In this document: positions 30,801-41,449 of the stretch, piece after piece
Layout of the letters: the number at the start of each line of letters is the position of its first letter
How positions within the stretch are numbered: the first letter of the stretch is position 1
Notes under the pieces: generated by a model
Seen by the model: the letters and a program-made list of their open reading frames with translations, nothing else
What the model was told of the DNA's origin: nothing
The model's database searches: none
From: an uncultured Acidobacteriota bacterium
Lineage (GTDB): Bacteria > Acidobacteriota > Thermoanaerobaculia > UBA5066
Assembly: GCA_963779415.1 (NCBI GenBank)
Contig: CAVZYA010000001.1
Location: 1,440,001-1,504,000, forward strand
DNA length: 64,000 nt
Direction of reading: 5' to 3'
Position numbers and translations under genes: made by a program

Positions 30801-31016
30801 TCAACCCGCTTTCGGAGCCTTCGAAGGACAGGTCGAGAAGCCGAAGATCGTGTAGAGCGGGCAGGTCCCGAAGAGCCCCGTCGCGAGCGGAATCACCCCG
30901 ATGTAGCCCCAGGCACCGATCGATCCGGTGAACGCACACCCGAGAAGAACGAGCCCGGCGACGACGCGAACGCCCCGCTCGACCGGATGAATGTTGATGG
31001 GAAACAGCCTGCTCAT
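30801..31016 (-). CDS. DUF2892 (YgaP-like) small membrane protein
   Basis: 'NIHPVERGVRVVAG...PLATGLFGTCPLYTIFGFSTC'; RBS GAGGAGG. Confidence 0.88.
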   Translation of the reverse strand: MSRLFPINIHPVERGVRVVAGLVLLGCAFTGSIGAWGYIGVIPLATGLFGTCPLYTIFGFSTCPSKAPKAG

Positions 31017-31154
31017 GAAACCCTCCTCTGCCTGCCTTCTGATCATTTCATGCCGCAGATCGGCGCGCCACGCCACGTTTCCTCCCCGTCTCCGGACGGT
31101 GACAGGACAGGGGAATAGACTGACCTCAACTCCGTAAGGAAGAAAGAGACTCCG

Positions 31155-32133
31155 ATGCCAGCTCCGATTGCAGATTTCCTGCATTCCGACGCCCCCGAGC
31201 CGCACCGCGAGCGGGGCCGTGCGCTCTTCCGGAAACCACCCCGAGGCGAAGGCGCTGACGGGACCGAACTCCGCCTCATTCCTTCTGATCCTCCTCATCG
31301 TCGGCATCCAGACGGGGATCGCGTTCCTCGTCCGGGGAGAGCCGTGGTGGGCCGCCCTCATCGCGGCGTATGTCGTCGGTGCGTTCGCTAACCACGCCCT
31401 CTACGTCCTGATTCACGAGTGCTCCCACAACCTCGTCTTCCGATCGGCCCGGGCCAACATCGTCGCCGGGATCGTCGCGGACTTGCCAAACGTCGTCCCG
31501 GCCTCGGTCTCGTTCCGCCTTTACCACCTGAAGCACCACGTTTTTCAGGGCGATTACCGCCTCGACGCCGACATCCCGAGCCGCTGGGAAGCCCGGCTCG
31601 TGGGAAACGGGGTCCTCCGGAAGGCGGTCTGGCTCTTCTTTTTCCCCTTCTTCCAGGTTCTTCGCCCGATGCGCCTCTCCGAGATCCGCTTCGCGACCCC
31701 CTGGACCTTCGTCAACTGGGGCGCGTCCATCGCCTACGACGCCGTCATCCTCGTTCTCTTCGGGCCCGTCGCCCTCCTTTATCTCGCCGGCTCGTTTTTC
31801 TTCTCGGTCGGCTTCCATCCCCTCGGTGCGCGTTGGATCCAGGAGCACTACCTCGTCGCAGCCCCGCAGGAGACCTATAGCTACTACGGCCCGGCGAACG
31901 TCCTCGCTCTGAATGTCGGCTATCACAACGAGCACCACGACGCGCCGGCCGTCGCATGGAGCCGGCTTCCGGCTCTTCATCGGATGGCGCCGGAGCTGTA
32001 CGACCCCCTCGTGTCGCACCGCTCCTGGACGCGCCTTCTCTGGCGTTTCCTGACCGACCGGAACCTCACTCTCTGGTCGCGGGTCGTCCGCGAGAACCGC
32101 GGCGGTATCGCGGTCGCGGCCGAGAGGGCCTAG
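31155..32133 (+). CDS. Sphingolipid delta4-desaturase/hydroxylase-like (DEGS family) membrane desaturase; 1 frameshift near 31235
   Basis: N-terminal 'DFLHSDAPEPHRER' joins 'HPEAKALTG'. His boxes HECSH, HLKHH and HNEHH; 'GFHPLGARWIQEH'; 'QETYSYYGP.N....NVGYHNEHHD'. Confidence 0.85.
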
Positions 32134-32262
32134 AGAGAGTCGGGGCTGGCCTCCGCCAGAAGGTGCGGGAAGCTGAAATTCTCCTGAAAAACCCTGAGGA
32201 CTCGGGGGCGCTCGTGGCCCACCTTTCCCACGTCCCATCCGGTGGACCGAAAGGAAAAGGCC

Positions 32263-33351
32263 ATGAGAACACGAGCGAACTTCCTCACGATCCTGGCGGC
32301 TCTCCTCGGGGCGCTCGCCCTCGCGGCAGCCCCGGCCGCCGGCGCGCCAGCCGAGAAAGCCCCGGTGACGATCATGACGTGGAACCTCTTCCCCGGCTTC
32401 GACGACGGGCCCGTCGTCGCGGCCGCGATGTCGTGCAATTCGGAGGACCCTCCATCCTGCGTGCCTCTGACCGAGGCCGCCACCGTGGCGTGGCAGCAAG
32501 TCCATGACACCGATTTTCACAGCCGCGTCCGCGACATCGCCGGCTGGATCCGGCTTGCCCGTCCCGACATCGTCTCGGTCAATGAAGCCGCGCGGTACGT
32601 CGCGGCGAACGGGTCGGGGGTCACCGTCGAGACGATCGACTTCCTCGACATCCTCGTCGCCGCCATTCACGACGCGGGAGCATCGTACGAGGTCGTCTCG
32701 ACCTCGGAGAACTACGAGATCCCGCTTCCGGTGATGCTCACGGACGGCCTCGGGACGGTCACTCTCCTCGACCGCGACGCCATCCTCGTCCGGACCAGAA
32801 ACTCCCCCAACTTCTCAAACCCGCAGAACGGGCACTACACCTACAACCTCGGCCCGCCCGACTTCCCGCTGCCGCTCACCCGGGGCTGGGCGTCGATCGA
32901 TATGGCGATCGGCGGGAAGAGCTTCCGGTTCGTGACGTCGCATCTCGAGGATGTCTCCGTAGATCCGGAGAACCTGACGCCGCTTCAGGAGGCCCAGGCC
33001 CAGGAGATGGTCGCAATCGGCCTCTCCGGCGGCATCCCGACGGTCTTCGCGGGGGACTTCAACACGGACGGCTTCCGGAAGTGGCCGACCTACCGGCTCC
33101 TGACGGGCGAACTCGGCCTGGACGACGCGTGGACGATCGCCCATCGGGGCCGCCCGGGCCTCACGTGGGGGAATTCTCCCGACCTCCTCAACCGCTTCCC
33201 CCGCTTCACCCAGCGCCTCGACCTCGTCCTCTTCTCCGGGCATTTCAAGGTCGAAAGCGCCGCCGTCATCGGGAACACACTGCTCGACCGCGCCGTGGCC
33301 GGCATGTGGCCTTCCGACCACGCGGGGCTTCTCGTGACGCTTCTGCCCTGA
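32263..33351 (+). CDS. Secreted endonuclease/exonuclease/phosphatase (EEP) family protein
   Basis: Signal peptide; 'MTWNL', 'PDIVSVNE', 'SHLE', 'GDFN', 'RLDLVL', 'PSDH'. Confidence 0.88.
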   Translation: MRTRANFLTILAALLGALALAAAPAAGAPAEKAPVTIMTWNLFPGFDDGPVVAAAMSCNSEDPPSCVPLTEAATVAWQQVHDTDFHSRVRDIAGWIRLARPDIVSVNEAARYVAANGSGVTVETIDFLDILVAAIHDAGASYEVVSTSENYEIPLPVMLTDGLGTVTLLDRDAILVRTRNSPNFSNPQNGHYTYNLGPPDFPLPLTRGWASIDMAIGGKSFRFVTSHLEDVSVDPENLTPLQEAQAQEMVAIGLSGGIPTVFAGDFNTDGFRKWPTYRLLTGELGLDDAWTIAHRGRPGLTWGNSPDLLNRFPRFTQRLDLVLFSGHFKVESAAVIGNTLLDRAVAGMWPSDHAGLLVTLLP

Positions 33352-33379
33352 ACGATCCGGCAGGTTCCGGGGTCCGTGG

Positions 33380-33413
33380 ATCGGGGCGGCTCGAAGCCGC
33401 CCCGATTTCTCTT
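33380..33413 (+). terminator. Intrinsic terminator between convergent genes
   Basis: ATCGGGGCGGCT-CGA-AGCCGCCCCGAT followed by TTCTCTT. Confidence 0.75.
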
Positions 33414-33414
33414 C

Positions 33415-35556
33415 CTACTTCGTGATCCCCAGCTCCGTCAGGACGAACGCGTAGTCGAAGGCGCGCTCCTTGTACCGGTCGTAGCGCCCCGAGGAGCCGC
33501 CGTGCCCGCCCGCCATGTTCGTCTTCAGGAGAAGCGGGTTCGAGTCGGTCTTGAGGGTCCGCAACTTCGCGACGTACTTGGCGGGCTCCCAGTACATCAC
33601 CTGGCTGTCGTTGAAAGAGGTCTTCACGAGGAGGGCGGGGTAGGCCTTCGCGGCCAGATTCGTGTAGGGGCAGTATGTCTTCATGTAGCCGTACTCGGCC
33701 TTGATCTTCGGGTTCCCCCACTCCTCGAACTCGCCCACCGTCAGCGGCAGCGTCTCGTCGCTCATCGTGTTGATGACGTCGACGAATGGCACGTACGAGA
33801 CGACGGCCTTGAAGAGGTCGGGGCGCATGTTCGTCACGGCGCCCATCAGGAGGCCGCCGGCGCTCCCGCCGCTGATGACGAGCTCCTCCTTCGAGGTTAC
33901 CTTCTTCGCGACGAGGTCCGCCGCGACGTCGACGAAGTCGTTGAAGGTGTTCTTCTTCGTCATCATCCGCCCGGCGTCGTGCCACGGCTTGCCGAGATCG
34001 CCGCCGCCGCGGACGTGGGCCCAGGCGTAGACGAAGCCACGGTCGAGGAGCGGGAGGAGGGCCGGATTGAACGACGGATCGATCGCGGCGCCGTAAGAGC
34101 CGTACCCGGTGAGGAGCATCGGGAACGGGCCGTCCTTGAGGCCACGCGCGGCGGCGTCCACGGAGGACTTCGCCTTCCATACGAGCGAGACGGGGACCTT
34201 CGTCCCGTCGCGCGCCACGACCCAGATCCGGTCGGAGCGGTAGAGGCCCCGGTCGTAGAGCGGCACCTCGGTCTCCTTCAGGAGCTTCGAGGTCCCCGCC
34301 TTCACGTCGTAGTCGAAGACGGAGTCGGGGGTGACGAACGACTGGTAACGGTACCGGAAGAAGGCCGTGTCGAACTCGCGGTTGTCGGACGGGTGGGTCG
34401 AGTAGGCCGGCTCGGGGAAGGTGACGGACTTCGACGCCCCGGTCGAAAAGTCGGTCACCCTGTACCGGACGAGGCCATCCTCCCGCTCCTCCGCGACCCA
34501 GAAGCTCCCGAAGACGTAGGCGTCCTGGAGCATGACGTTCGGCCGGTGCGGGAGAACCTCCTTCCAGCTCGCCCTCCCCGGGCTCGCGACGGGGGCCGTG
34601 ACTAGGCGGAAGTTCCGGCCTCCAGAGTTCGTCCGAATCCAGAACAGGTCGCCGCGATCCTCCGGGTAGTACTCGTGCTCCGCCTCGCGAGGCAGGAGCA
34701 CCGTCCACGCCCTTTCCGGATGGTGGGCGTCCAGAAAACGGTACTCCGAGGCCGTGTGACTGAACGAGCCGAGGTAGAGGAATCGCAGGCTCCGCGACCG
34801 TGAGACGGAGGAGACGAACCTCTCGTCCTTCTCCTCGAAGACGATCGCGTCCTTCCCGACCGGCTCGCCGAGGCGGTGGCGGTAGATCCGGTAGGGCCGC
34901 TTCGCCGCGTCCTCGACGCCGTAGAAGAGCGTCCTGCCATCGGCCGCCCAGGCGACGGAGGTCGCCTTTTCCACCCGCTCGGGGAGGATCTCCCCCGTCA
35001 CGAGGTTCTTCACCTGCAGACGGTACTGGCGGAAGCCCGTGTTGTCCGTGGAGAAGGCAAGGAGGTTCCCGTCGTCGCTCACGCTGTAAGCGCGGACGGC
35101 CATGAACTTCTCCCCTTCGGCCATCTTGTTGACGTCGAGGACGACCTGCTCGGGCCCTTCGGCCTCTCCCGACCCGGCCGGGAACTTCTTCCGGCAATAA
35201 AAGGGGTACTGCTTCCCCTTTTCGTAGCGCGTGTAATAGAGCCACCCGCCGAACCGGTACGGGACGGAGAGGTCGGTCTCCTTCACGTGGGAGACGATTT
35301 CCTTGTAGAGCGTCTCCTGAAGCGCTTCGGTCCCCTTCATCACCGCGTCGGTGTAAGCGTTCTCGGCGTCGAGGTATGCCTTCACTTCCGGGTCGGGCTT
35401 GTTCCGGAGCCAGAACCAGGGGTCGGTGAGGGTGTCTCCGTTCAGCTCGGTCCGGTGTTCAACCTGACGGGCGACAGGGGGTTTTGGGGCGTCCCCGGCG
35501 AGGAGGGCCCCCGGAAGAACGAAGGAAAGTCCGGCGATCAGCACCAATGTCTTCAC
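33415..35556 (-). CDS. ptrB: Oligopeptidase B (S9A), signal peptide
   Basis: 'GYGSYG', 'HVRGGG', 'KKNTFNDF', 'GGSAGG', 'EFEEWGNP', 'NDSQV', 'GHGGSSGRY'. Confidence 0.93.
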   Translation of the reverse strand: MKTLVLIAGLSFVLPGALLAGDAPKPPVARQVEHRTELNGDTLTDPWFWLRNKPDPEVKAYLDAENAYTDAVMKGTEALQETLYKEIVSHVKETDLSVPYRFGGWLYYTRYEKGKQYPFYCRKKFPAGSGEAEGPEQVVLDVNKMAEGEKFMAVRAYSVSDDGNLLAFSTDNTGFRQYRLQVKNLVTGEILPERVEKATSVAWAADGRTLFYGVEDAAKRPYRIYRHRLGEPVGKDAIVFEEKDERFVSSVSRSRSLRFLYLGSFSHTASEYRFLDAHHPERAWTVLLPREAEHEYYPEDRGDLFWIRTNSGGRNFRLVTAPVASPGRASWKEVLPHRPNVMLQDAYVFGSFWVAEEREDGLVRYRVTDFSTGASKSVTFPEPAYSTHPSDNREFDTAFFRYRYQSFVTPDSVFDYDVKAGTSKLLKETEVPLYDRGLYRSDRIWVVARDGTKVPVSLVWKAKSSVDAAARGLKDGPFPMLLTGYGSYGAAIDPSFNPALLPLLDRGFVYAWAHVRGGGDLGKPWHDAGRMMTKKNTFNDFVDVAADLVAKKVTSKEELVISGGSAGGLLMGAVTNMRPDLFKAVVSYVPFVDVINTMSDETLPLTVGEFEEWGNPKIKAEYGYMKTYCPYTNLAAKAYPALLVKTSFNDSQVMYWEPAKYVAKLRTLKTDSNPLLLKTNMAGGHGGSSGRYDRYKERAFDYAFVLTELGITK

Positions 35557-35668
35557 ACCACCTCCGAGTGCGGAATCCCGCTCACCCTACTACGGGTCCA
35601 AGGGACTCTGTGTTTCCTGATTCGTCCGCATCCCGCGGCGTCCGATCGATTCGGTACCATTCCCCCCG

Positions 35669-36520
35669 ATGGCCCATCGGATCGTCGTCACGGGAGCCGG
35701 AGGACAGCTCGGGAAGGTACTCGTCCGGGATCTCCAGAAAGCGCACGAGGTCTTCGGCCTCACGCGTGAGAGCCTCGACGTGGCGGACCGTGCCGCAGTG
35801 CGCGAGAGAGTCGCGAAGCTCCGGCCCACGGTCGTCGTGAACGGCGCGGCCTTCAACGACGTCGACGGCGCCGAGGACGACCCGAAGGCGGCCATCGCGA
35901 CGAACGGCTTCGGGGTCGGAGCCCTCGCGGACGCCGCGGCGGCGGCGGATGCCATCCTCATCCACTTCTCGAGCGACTTCGTCTTCGACGGCAGGACGAC
36001 GCGCCCCTACACGGAGAAGGATCTCCCGAACCCCCTCAGCCTGTACGGCGCCTCGAAGCTCCTCGGCGACGTCCTCGCCCCGCGCGCGCCGAAGCACTGG
36101 ATCCTTCGTCTCGCGAGCGTCTTCGGCGGCGAAGGGCGGACGAGCAGCATCGGGAAGATGGCCGAAATGCTCGCGAAGGGGGAGCCCGTGAAGGCCTTCT
36201 ACGACCGGACCGTCACGCCGAGCTACGTCGAGGACGTCTCGCGCACCGTCCAGATGCTCTTCGAGCGAAAGCTTCGCTGGGGCCTCTATCACTGCGTCAG
36301 CTCGGGGACGGCCACGTGGCACGAGCTGGCGATGGAGCTGGCCCGGATGATGGGGTCGAAAGCGGCCGTCTCGGCCATCTCGATGGAGAAGGCCGGGCTC
36401 AAGGCGCCCCGCCCCCGATACTGCGCCCTCTCGAACAACCGGCTCGCGGATGCGGGGATCGAGCTTCCGGACTGGCGAAGCACTCTCTACCGGTTCGTGG
36501 AAGCGCGCGCGAAAGCCTGA
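35669..36520 (+). CDS. rfbD: dTDP-4-dehydrorhamnose reductase
   Basis: 'VTGAGGQLG', 'HFSSDFVFDG', 'YGASK', 'APRPRY'. Confidence 0.9.
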   Translation: MAHRIVVTGAGGQLGKVLVRDLQKAHEVFGLTRESLDVADRAAVRERVAKLRPTVVVNGAAFNDVDGAEDDPKAAIATNGFGVGALADAAAAADAILIHFSSDFVFDGRTTRPYTEKDLPNPLSLYGASKLLGDVLAPRAPKHWILRLASVFGGEGRTSSIGKMAEMLAKGEPVKAFYDRTVTPSYVEDVSRTVQMLFERKLRWGLYHCVSSGTATWHELAMELARMMGSKAAVSAISMEKAGLKAPRPRYCALSNNRLADAGIELPDWRSTLYRFVEARAKA

Positions 36521-36522
36521 CC

Positions 36523-37698
36523 TCAGAACCGGTCGCTCGCCCCTCCCCCGCCGAACGACCCGCCTCCCGGCGTGAAGCGCTCTTCCGGAGGCGGGCCGGT
36601 AGCCGGCGAGAGTGTCGTGGCGACGGGGATTGCCTGCAAGAGGCGCAGTTTCGCTTCGTCGGAAAAAAGCGGTTCGGCCGTGAAGCCCGAGCGCTCCCTT
36701 TCCGGGCCGCGCGAGAGCCACCTCTCGAGAACGAGGGCGAAAGCGAGAAGAACCGCTCCCATCACTCCGAGGATCGCCCAGAGAGGCGCGATGTGAACGT
36801 AGTGCCGCAGGGTGACGACGGATAGGATGAGGAAGACGGCTCCGGAATCGATCAGGAGAAGCCGTCTTGTCCGGATCCCCACGAAGAGGATGGCAGCCGG
36901 CATCAGGGCCGTCGCGATCATCGAGACGACGAGCACCGCACGCGGGGGATCCGTCCACTCGAACCCGGTCCGGAGCCTTTCGATCCACCAGCTCTCGACC
37001 GACCCGTAGTTCACCGCTGCATAGAGCGCGGCGAGTCCGGCGACACAGAGCGCCCCCGCGGAGATCCGGTGCGGCGGGGGCCATGACGGCTCGTCGAGAC
37101 GGCGCCACGCGAGGATCGCCATCCCGGCACCGAAAGCGACCAACAGAAGCCGCCCGTGAGGCTGCCTGCCGAGGAGCAGGAAGAGCGAGACCGCCGAGAA
37201 GAGAGCGAAGACCGGGTTTCCCCACCGCCACGAAGCCACCCCCCAGACGACGGCGGAGACTGCGAGGACGACGATCGTCCCCGGCTCGCCTCGAAGTGCT
37301 CCGAACTCCAGAAAATAGAGTCCCGCGGCGACGACGAGGAGGACACCCGCCCAGAGCGCCGTCGCCCCCGCGCCGCCCCGGAGCGCGAAACGCGGGGAGC
37401 GCTCCTGAAGCTCGGTCGCGTAGACGCACGCCCCCCCCACGAGGAGGCAGACGAAGGCCGCTCCCAGCGCCCCCCGGACTCCGCTCACCGCAAGGGCGAA
37501 AAGAACCCCGAAGACGATGACCGTCACGAAGAGAAAGGTCAGGATCTGCCAGATCGCCGACGGGCGAAGCCTTGGATCCGGGTACTCGCTTCCGATCGCC
37601 TCCTCGGTCCGGAGGTCGATCACCCCCGACTTCCGCCAGAGTCTCGCGGCATGGCGCACGGCGGCCGCACGTTCGAAGGCCGCGGTTCCGGCTCTCAC
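36523..37698 (-). CDS. Multi-pass membrane protein (partner of DUF2157-like gene)
   Basis: GTG 37698 overlaps the upstream TGA; about 10 TM helices; C-terminal 'FTPGGGSFGGGGASDRF'. Confidence 0.75.
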   Translation of the reverse strand: MRAGTAAFERAAAVRHAARLWRKSGVIDLRTEEAIGSEYPDPRLRPSAIWQILTFLFVTVIVFGVLFALAVSGVRGALGAAFVCLLVGGACVYATELQERSPRFALRGGAGATALWAGVLLVVAAGLYFLEFGALRGEPGTIVVLAVSAVVWGVASWRWGNPVFALFSAVSLFLLLGRQPHGRLLLVAFGAGMAILAWRRLDEPSWPPPHRISAGALCVAGLAALYAAVNYGSVESWWIERLRTGFEWTDPPRAVLVVSMIATALMPAAILFVGIRTRRLLLIDSGAVFLILSVVTLRHYVHIAPLWAILGVMGAVLLAFALVLERWLSRGPERERSGFTAEPLFSDEAKLRLLQAIPVATTLSPATGPPPEERFTPGGGSFGGGGASDRF

Positions 37699-38668
37699 CG
37701 CTCCCTCATCCTTCGATGCGCGGCGAAAAGAAGCCCGAGGACGCCGGCCGCCGATGCCGTCACGACGAGAAAGAAGGCCGATCCGAGGTGAATCTTCCCG
37801 AACGCTTCGAACAGGAGTCGCAGGGATCCGAAATAGACCGCGACGACCCCCTCGGCGAAGGGGAGCATCCGGGCGCTGTGAAACGCGATCGCGATGATGA
37901 CCGCGGCGACGATGGCCAGGGCCAGCAACCACCAGCCCCAGAGGTACCGGTCGCCGAAGACGCCGGAGAGAAGACCGCCGAGAAGAAGAAGAAGTCCGAA
38001 ATTGATCCACGACGTCCTCGAAATGGGGTTTCCTTCCCGGCCCGGACGAGAAGGACGCCGCCGATGACGAAGAGAAGCCCGCAGACGACGGCGTTCCCTC
38101 GCGTCTCACCGGCGCGCCCGGGCCCGAAAGTCCCGTGCAGAACGTTCACGGAAACGCCTCTCCAGGCGGCGAACGAGCTCAAAGCGAAAGAGAGCGCGAC
38201 CGGGGAGTCCCATCGGAAGGCCGCGGCCCCTGAGAGAAGCGCCACGACAAGGAGGTGATACGGCCAGTCCGGTCCGAGGAGGCGGAACTGCACCTCGACA
38301 TAGGCAAGGTCCGCGGCGACGAGGAGAAGGCCGAGCAGAAGGACGTAGTCGAGGGCGACCCCCGACTCCGCAGCCCGCGCCCACGTGAACGGCGCGGCTC
38401 GCCGGATCACCTGGAAGAAACAGGCGGCGGCGGCGAGACCGAGCGCGGACGCGATCGTCGCCGGGCCGATCCGGCCGTGATTCTCCTTCACGAAGAGCCC
38501 GACGCCCGTCGTCAGGAGGAGGACTCCGAGATAGAGGAGCGTCCGGATCTCGAGCCGGACGGAGACGAGGTCGCCCCGCGCGACACGGAGGAGGTGCGAT
38601 GCCGGCGGGTCGCCGACGACCCCTTTCTCCTTCAGCGAGGAGAGGGCGTCGACGACCTCGGGCTGCAC
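37695..38668 (-). CDS. DUF2157-like membrane protein; two frameshifts near 38010-38035
   Basis: 'LVSVRLEIRTLLYLGVLLLTTGVGLFV'; continues 'KPHFEDV/WINFGLLLLLGGLL..' into the 37695..37928 frame. Confidence 0.72.
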
Positions 38669-38680
38669 GGGGCTCTCCGG

Positions 38681-41392
38681 CTACTTGGTCTCGATCCCCT
38701 CGGCGATCGCGACCTTCAGCTTCTGCTTCGCTTTCGTCTTCCCGTACGTCAGCGTCACCGTATAGTCGCCGGGCGGGACGAACTTCGGCTGCTCGCCGAA
38801 GCCCCCGCCTCCCCCGCCCCCGCTCCGCTCTCCGTCCGTCTCCCGGATCGGCCGGAGGTTCCAGACGACGCGACCGAAGCCGGGTGTTCCGGGAGCGTGA
38901 AGCGTGGCGACCTGCTGGTTCTCTCCGTTCGTGATCGCGATCCGGACCTCCTCGCCCGTGAATTCCTTCAGCCAGTAGTTCAGGATCGCCCCTTCCGGCG
39001 GGTTCTGGCCGCGGAAGTGGGCCTTTCCGTTCCACTCGCTCCAGCCGGGAAGCCGGTAGATGCCGAGGGCCGGCCGCGGCTCGAAGAGAACGGCGTCCTT
39101 CTCCCGCGCCTCCTTCGTCGCCTGCGCGAGCGGCGAGACGTCGTCGAGGACCCAGAGGCTCCGCCCGTGCGTCGCGACGACGAGGTCGCCGTCCCGCGGG
39201 TGGATCTTCAGGTCGTCCACGGCGACGGTCGGAAGCCCCCCGAACTTCGTCCAGCTCCCCCCGCGGTCGAGCGAGACGAAGAGGCCGAACTCCGTTCCGG
39301 CGAAGAGAACGTCGGGATTCTTCGGGTGCTCGCGGACGACCTTGGCCGGCCCGTTGGCCGGAAGGTTCGACGCGAGGCTGGTCCACGTCCTGCCGAGGTC
39401 CGCAGTCCGGTAGACGAGCGGCGCCTCGTTCCCCGTCCGGTACGCTTCGACGACGAGGTACGCCACGTTCGCATCGGCCGCCGAGGCCTCGATCGACTGG
39501 ATCCACTCCCCCTTCGCAGCCGCCGGAAGGCCCGCGGTCAGATCGATCCACTTCCCGCCGCCGTTCTCCGTCACCCAGAGCTTTCCGTCGTCGGTCCCGG
39601 CCCAGAGGAGGCCCGCCTTCACCGGAGACTCCGCGAGCGCGTAGACGACGCCGTAGTTCTCCGCCCCGCTCCCGGTCGTGAAGATCTTCTCGGGATCCCG
39701 CGCGGAGAGGTCGGGGCTGACGGGCGTCCACTCCTCGCCCCGCTTCGTCAGGCGGAAGACGCGGTTCCCGGCGAGATAGAGGACGTCCTTCTCGTGGCGG
39801 CTCGCGAAGAAGGGAGCGCACCAGTGGAAGCGGAAGCCCGGCTGTCCTTCTCCCGCCTCCGGGCGGAGACGCTTCGTCTCTCCGTTCCGGAGGTTGAGCC
39901 GGAAGACCGAGCCCCCCTGCGACTCGCCGTAGAGAACGTCCCGGTCCTCGGGGTCGAAGACGTCGTAGAAGCCGTCCCCCCCGCCGAGGTTCGTCCAGTC
40001 TCCGTTCATGATCCCGTCGCGGCTCCTCGTCGCGGAGGGGCCGACCCAGTTCAGGTTGTCCTGGAGGCCGCCGATGATCCGGTACGGGACGGAGTCGTCG
40101 AGCGAGATCCGGTAGTACTCCCCCGCCGCGAAGCGGTCGAGGTGCTGCCAGTTCTTCCCCCCCTCGAGGCTCATGTAGATCCCGCCGTCGTTTCCGAGGA
40201 ACAGGCGCTTCGGGTTCTTCGGATCGATGACCATGGCGTGCCCGTCCGGATGGACCTTGTCGCCGAGATCCTCCCGGAAATTCTGTCCGGCGTCGTCCGA
40301 AACGTAGAACGAGATTCCGAGGACCCAGACCCGCTTGTCGTTCGACGGGTCGACGCGGATCTGGCTGAAGTAGAACGGCCGCGGGTCGAGCGGGTTCGTC
40401 CGAGTCCACGTCTCGCCTCCATCCTCCGACCGGAAGACGCCGCCCCGCTTGCTCTTCGTGTCGCGGATCGTCGCGGTCCCCCCTTCGTCGCTCTGGACGA
40501 TGGCGTAGACGATCTTCGGGTTCTTCCGGAAGACGTCGAGGCCGATCCGCTGCGTCCGCGCCGGAAGACCGTTCGTCAGCTTCTTCCACGTCGCGCCGCC
40601 GTCGAGGGAACGGAAGATCCCGCCGACGTCGCGCCCTCCGGTCTCGTCGGCGCCCGAGACGAACGACCAGGGGGTCCGCTGCCTCGCGTAAAGGACCGCG
40701 TAAACCGTCTCGGGGTTCGAGGGGTCGAGGGCGACGTCGCCGCAGCCGGTCCTTGCATCGTCGGGCGCCGCGGCGGAGAGGACCTTCTTCCACGTCGTTC
40801 CGCCGTCTGCCGTCTTGAAGAGGCCCCGTTCGCCCCCGGGCTGCCAGAGATTTCCCGCCGCGCAGACGTACGCCGTCTTCGGGTCGGTCGGGTGGACGGC
40901 GATCCGGGCGATCGCCTTGCTCGTCGCGAGGCCCACGTTCGTCCACGTCGCCCCGCCGTCCGTCGACCGGTAGACGCCGTCCCCCCAGCCGGAGCTGTTC
41001 CGGTCGTTCGCCTCGCCCGTCCCGACCCAGACGGTCTTCGCATCCGACGGAGCGACCGCAACCGCCCCGATCGAGGCCACCGGCTCCTTATCGAAGACCG
41101 CCTCGAAGCTCCCGCCGTCGTTCACGCTCTTCATCACTCCCCCCGTGGCGAGACCGACCCAGAGCCCGTAAGGGTTCTCGGGATCGAGCGCGATGTCCGA
41201 GACACGCCCGCCCATCAGCGCCGGCCCGATCGACCGGGCCTTGAACGCCTTCAGGCTCGCGGCGGGAAGAGCGGCGGCTGGGGCCGCGCTCACGGCAGGC
41301 GCGGTAGCCGGCCGGGCTTTCGCCTTCGCTTTCTGGGCCGCGAGCGGGAAGGCGAGGAGGAGAGAGGCGAGGAGGAGAGAAGTCTTCTTCAT
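38681..41392 (-). CDS. Secreted BNR/Asp-box (VPS10/sortilin-like) beta-propeller glycosyl hydrolase-like protein
   Basis: Signal peptide; about 10 S/T-x-D-G-G-x-T/S-W repeats; 'RSIGPALMGGRV', 'GGLQDN', 'ATHGRS'. Confidence 0.9.
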   Translation of the reverse strand: MKKTSLLLASLLLAFPLAAQKAKAKARPATAPAVSAAPAAALPAASLKAFKARSIGPALMGGRVSDIALDPENPYGLWVGLATGGVMKSVNDGGSFEAVFDKEPVASIGAVAVAPSDAKTVWVGTGEANDRNSSGWGDGVYRSTDGGATWTNVGLATSKAIARIAVHPTDPKTAYVCAAGNLWQPGGERGLFKTADGGTTWKKVLSAAAPDDARTGCGDVALDPSNPETVYAVLYARQRTPWSFVSGADETGGRDVGGIFRSLDGGATWKKLTNGLPARTQRIGLDVFRKNPKIVYAIVQSDEGGTATIRDTKSKRGGVFRSEDGGETWTRTNPLDPRPFYFSQIRVDPSNDKRVWVLGISFYVSDDAGQNFREDLGDKVHPDGHAMVIDPKNPKRLFLGNDGGIYMSLEGGKNWQHLDRFAAGEYYRISLDDSVPYRIIGGLQDNLNWVGPSATRSRDGIMNGDWTNLGGGDGFYDVFDPEDRDVLYGESQGGSVFRLNLRNGETKRLRPEAGEGQPGFRFHWCAPFFASRHEKDVLYLAGNRVFRLTKRGEEWTPVSPDLSARDPEKIFTTGSGAENYGVVYALAESPVKAGLLWAGTDDGKLWVTENGGGKWIDLTAGLPAAAKGEWIQSIEASAADANVAYLVVEAYRTGNEAPLVYRTADLGRTWTSLASNLPANGPAKVVREHPKNPDVLFAGTEFGLFVSLDRGGSWTKFGGLPTVAVDDLKIHPRDGDLVVATHGRSLWVLDDVSPLAQATKEAREKDAVLFEPRPALGIYRLPGWSEWNGKAHFRGQNPPEGAILNYWLKEFTGEEVRIAITNGENQQVATLHAPGTPGFGRVVWNLRPIRETDGERSGGGGGGGFGEQPKFVPPGDYTVTLTYGKTKAKQKLKVAIAEGIETK

Positions 41393-41449
41393 CGGGTCAT
41401 CTCCAAAGAAATAAAAATAGGCGCCGAGAATACGCCTCCCGGCGGCCGG

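Noticed and set aside
38681-41392. Periodic repeats that could suggest an array
   Set aside because: These are degenerate protein-level BNR/Asp-box repeats, not identical DNA repeats with spacers. No cas genes are present.
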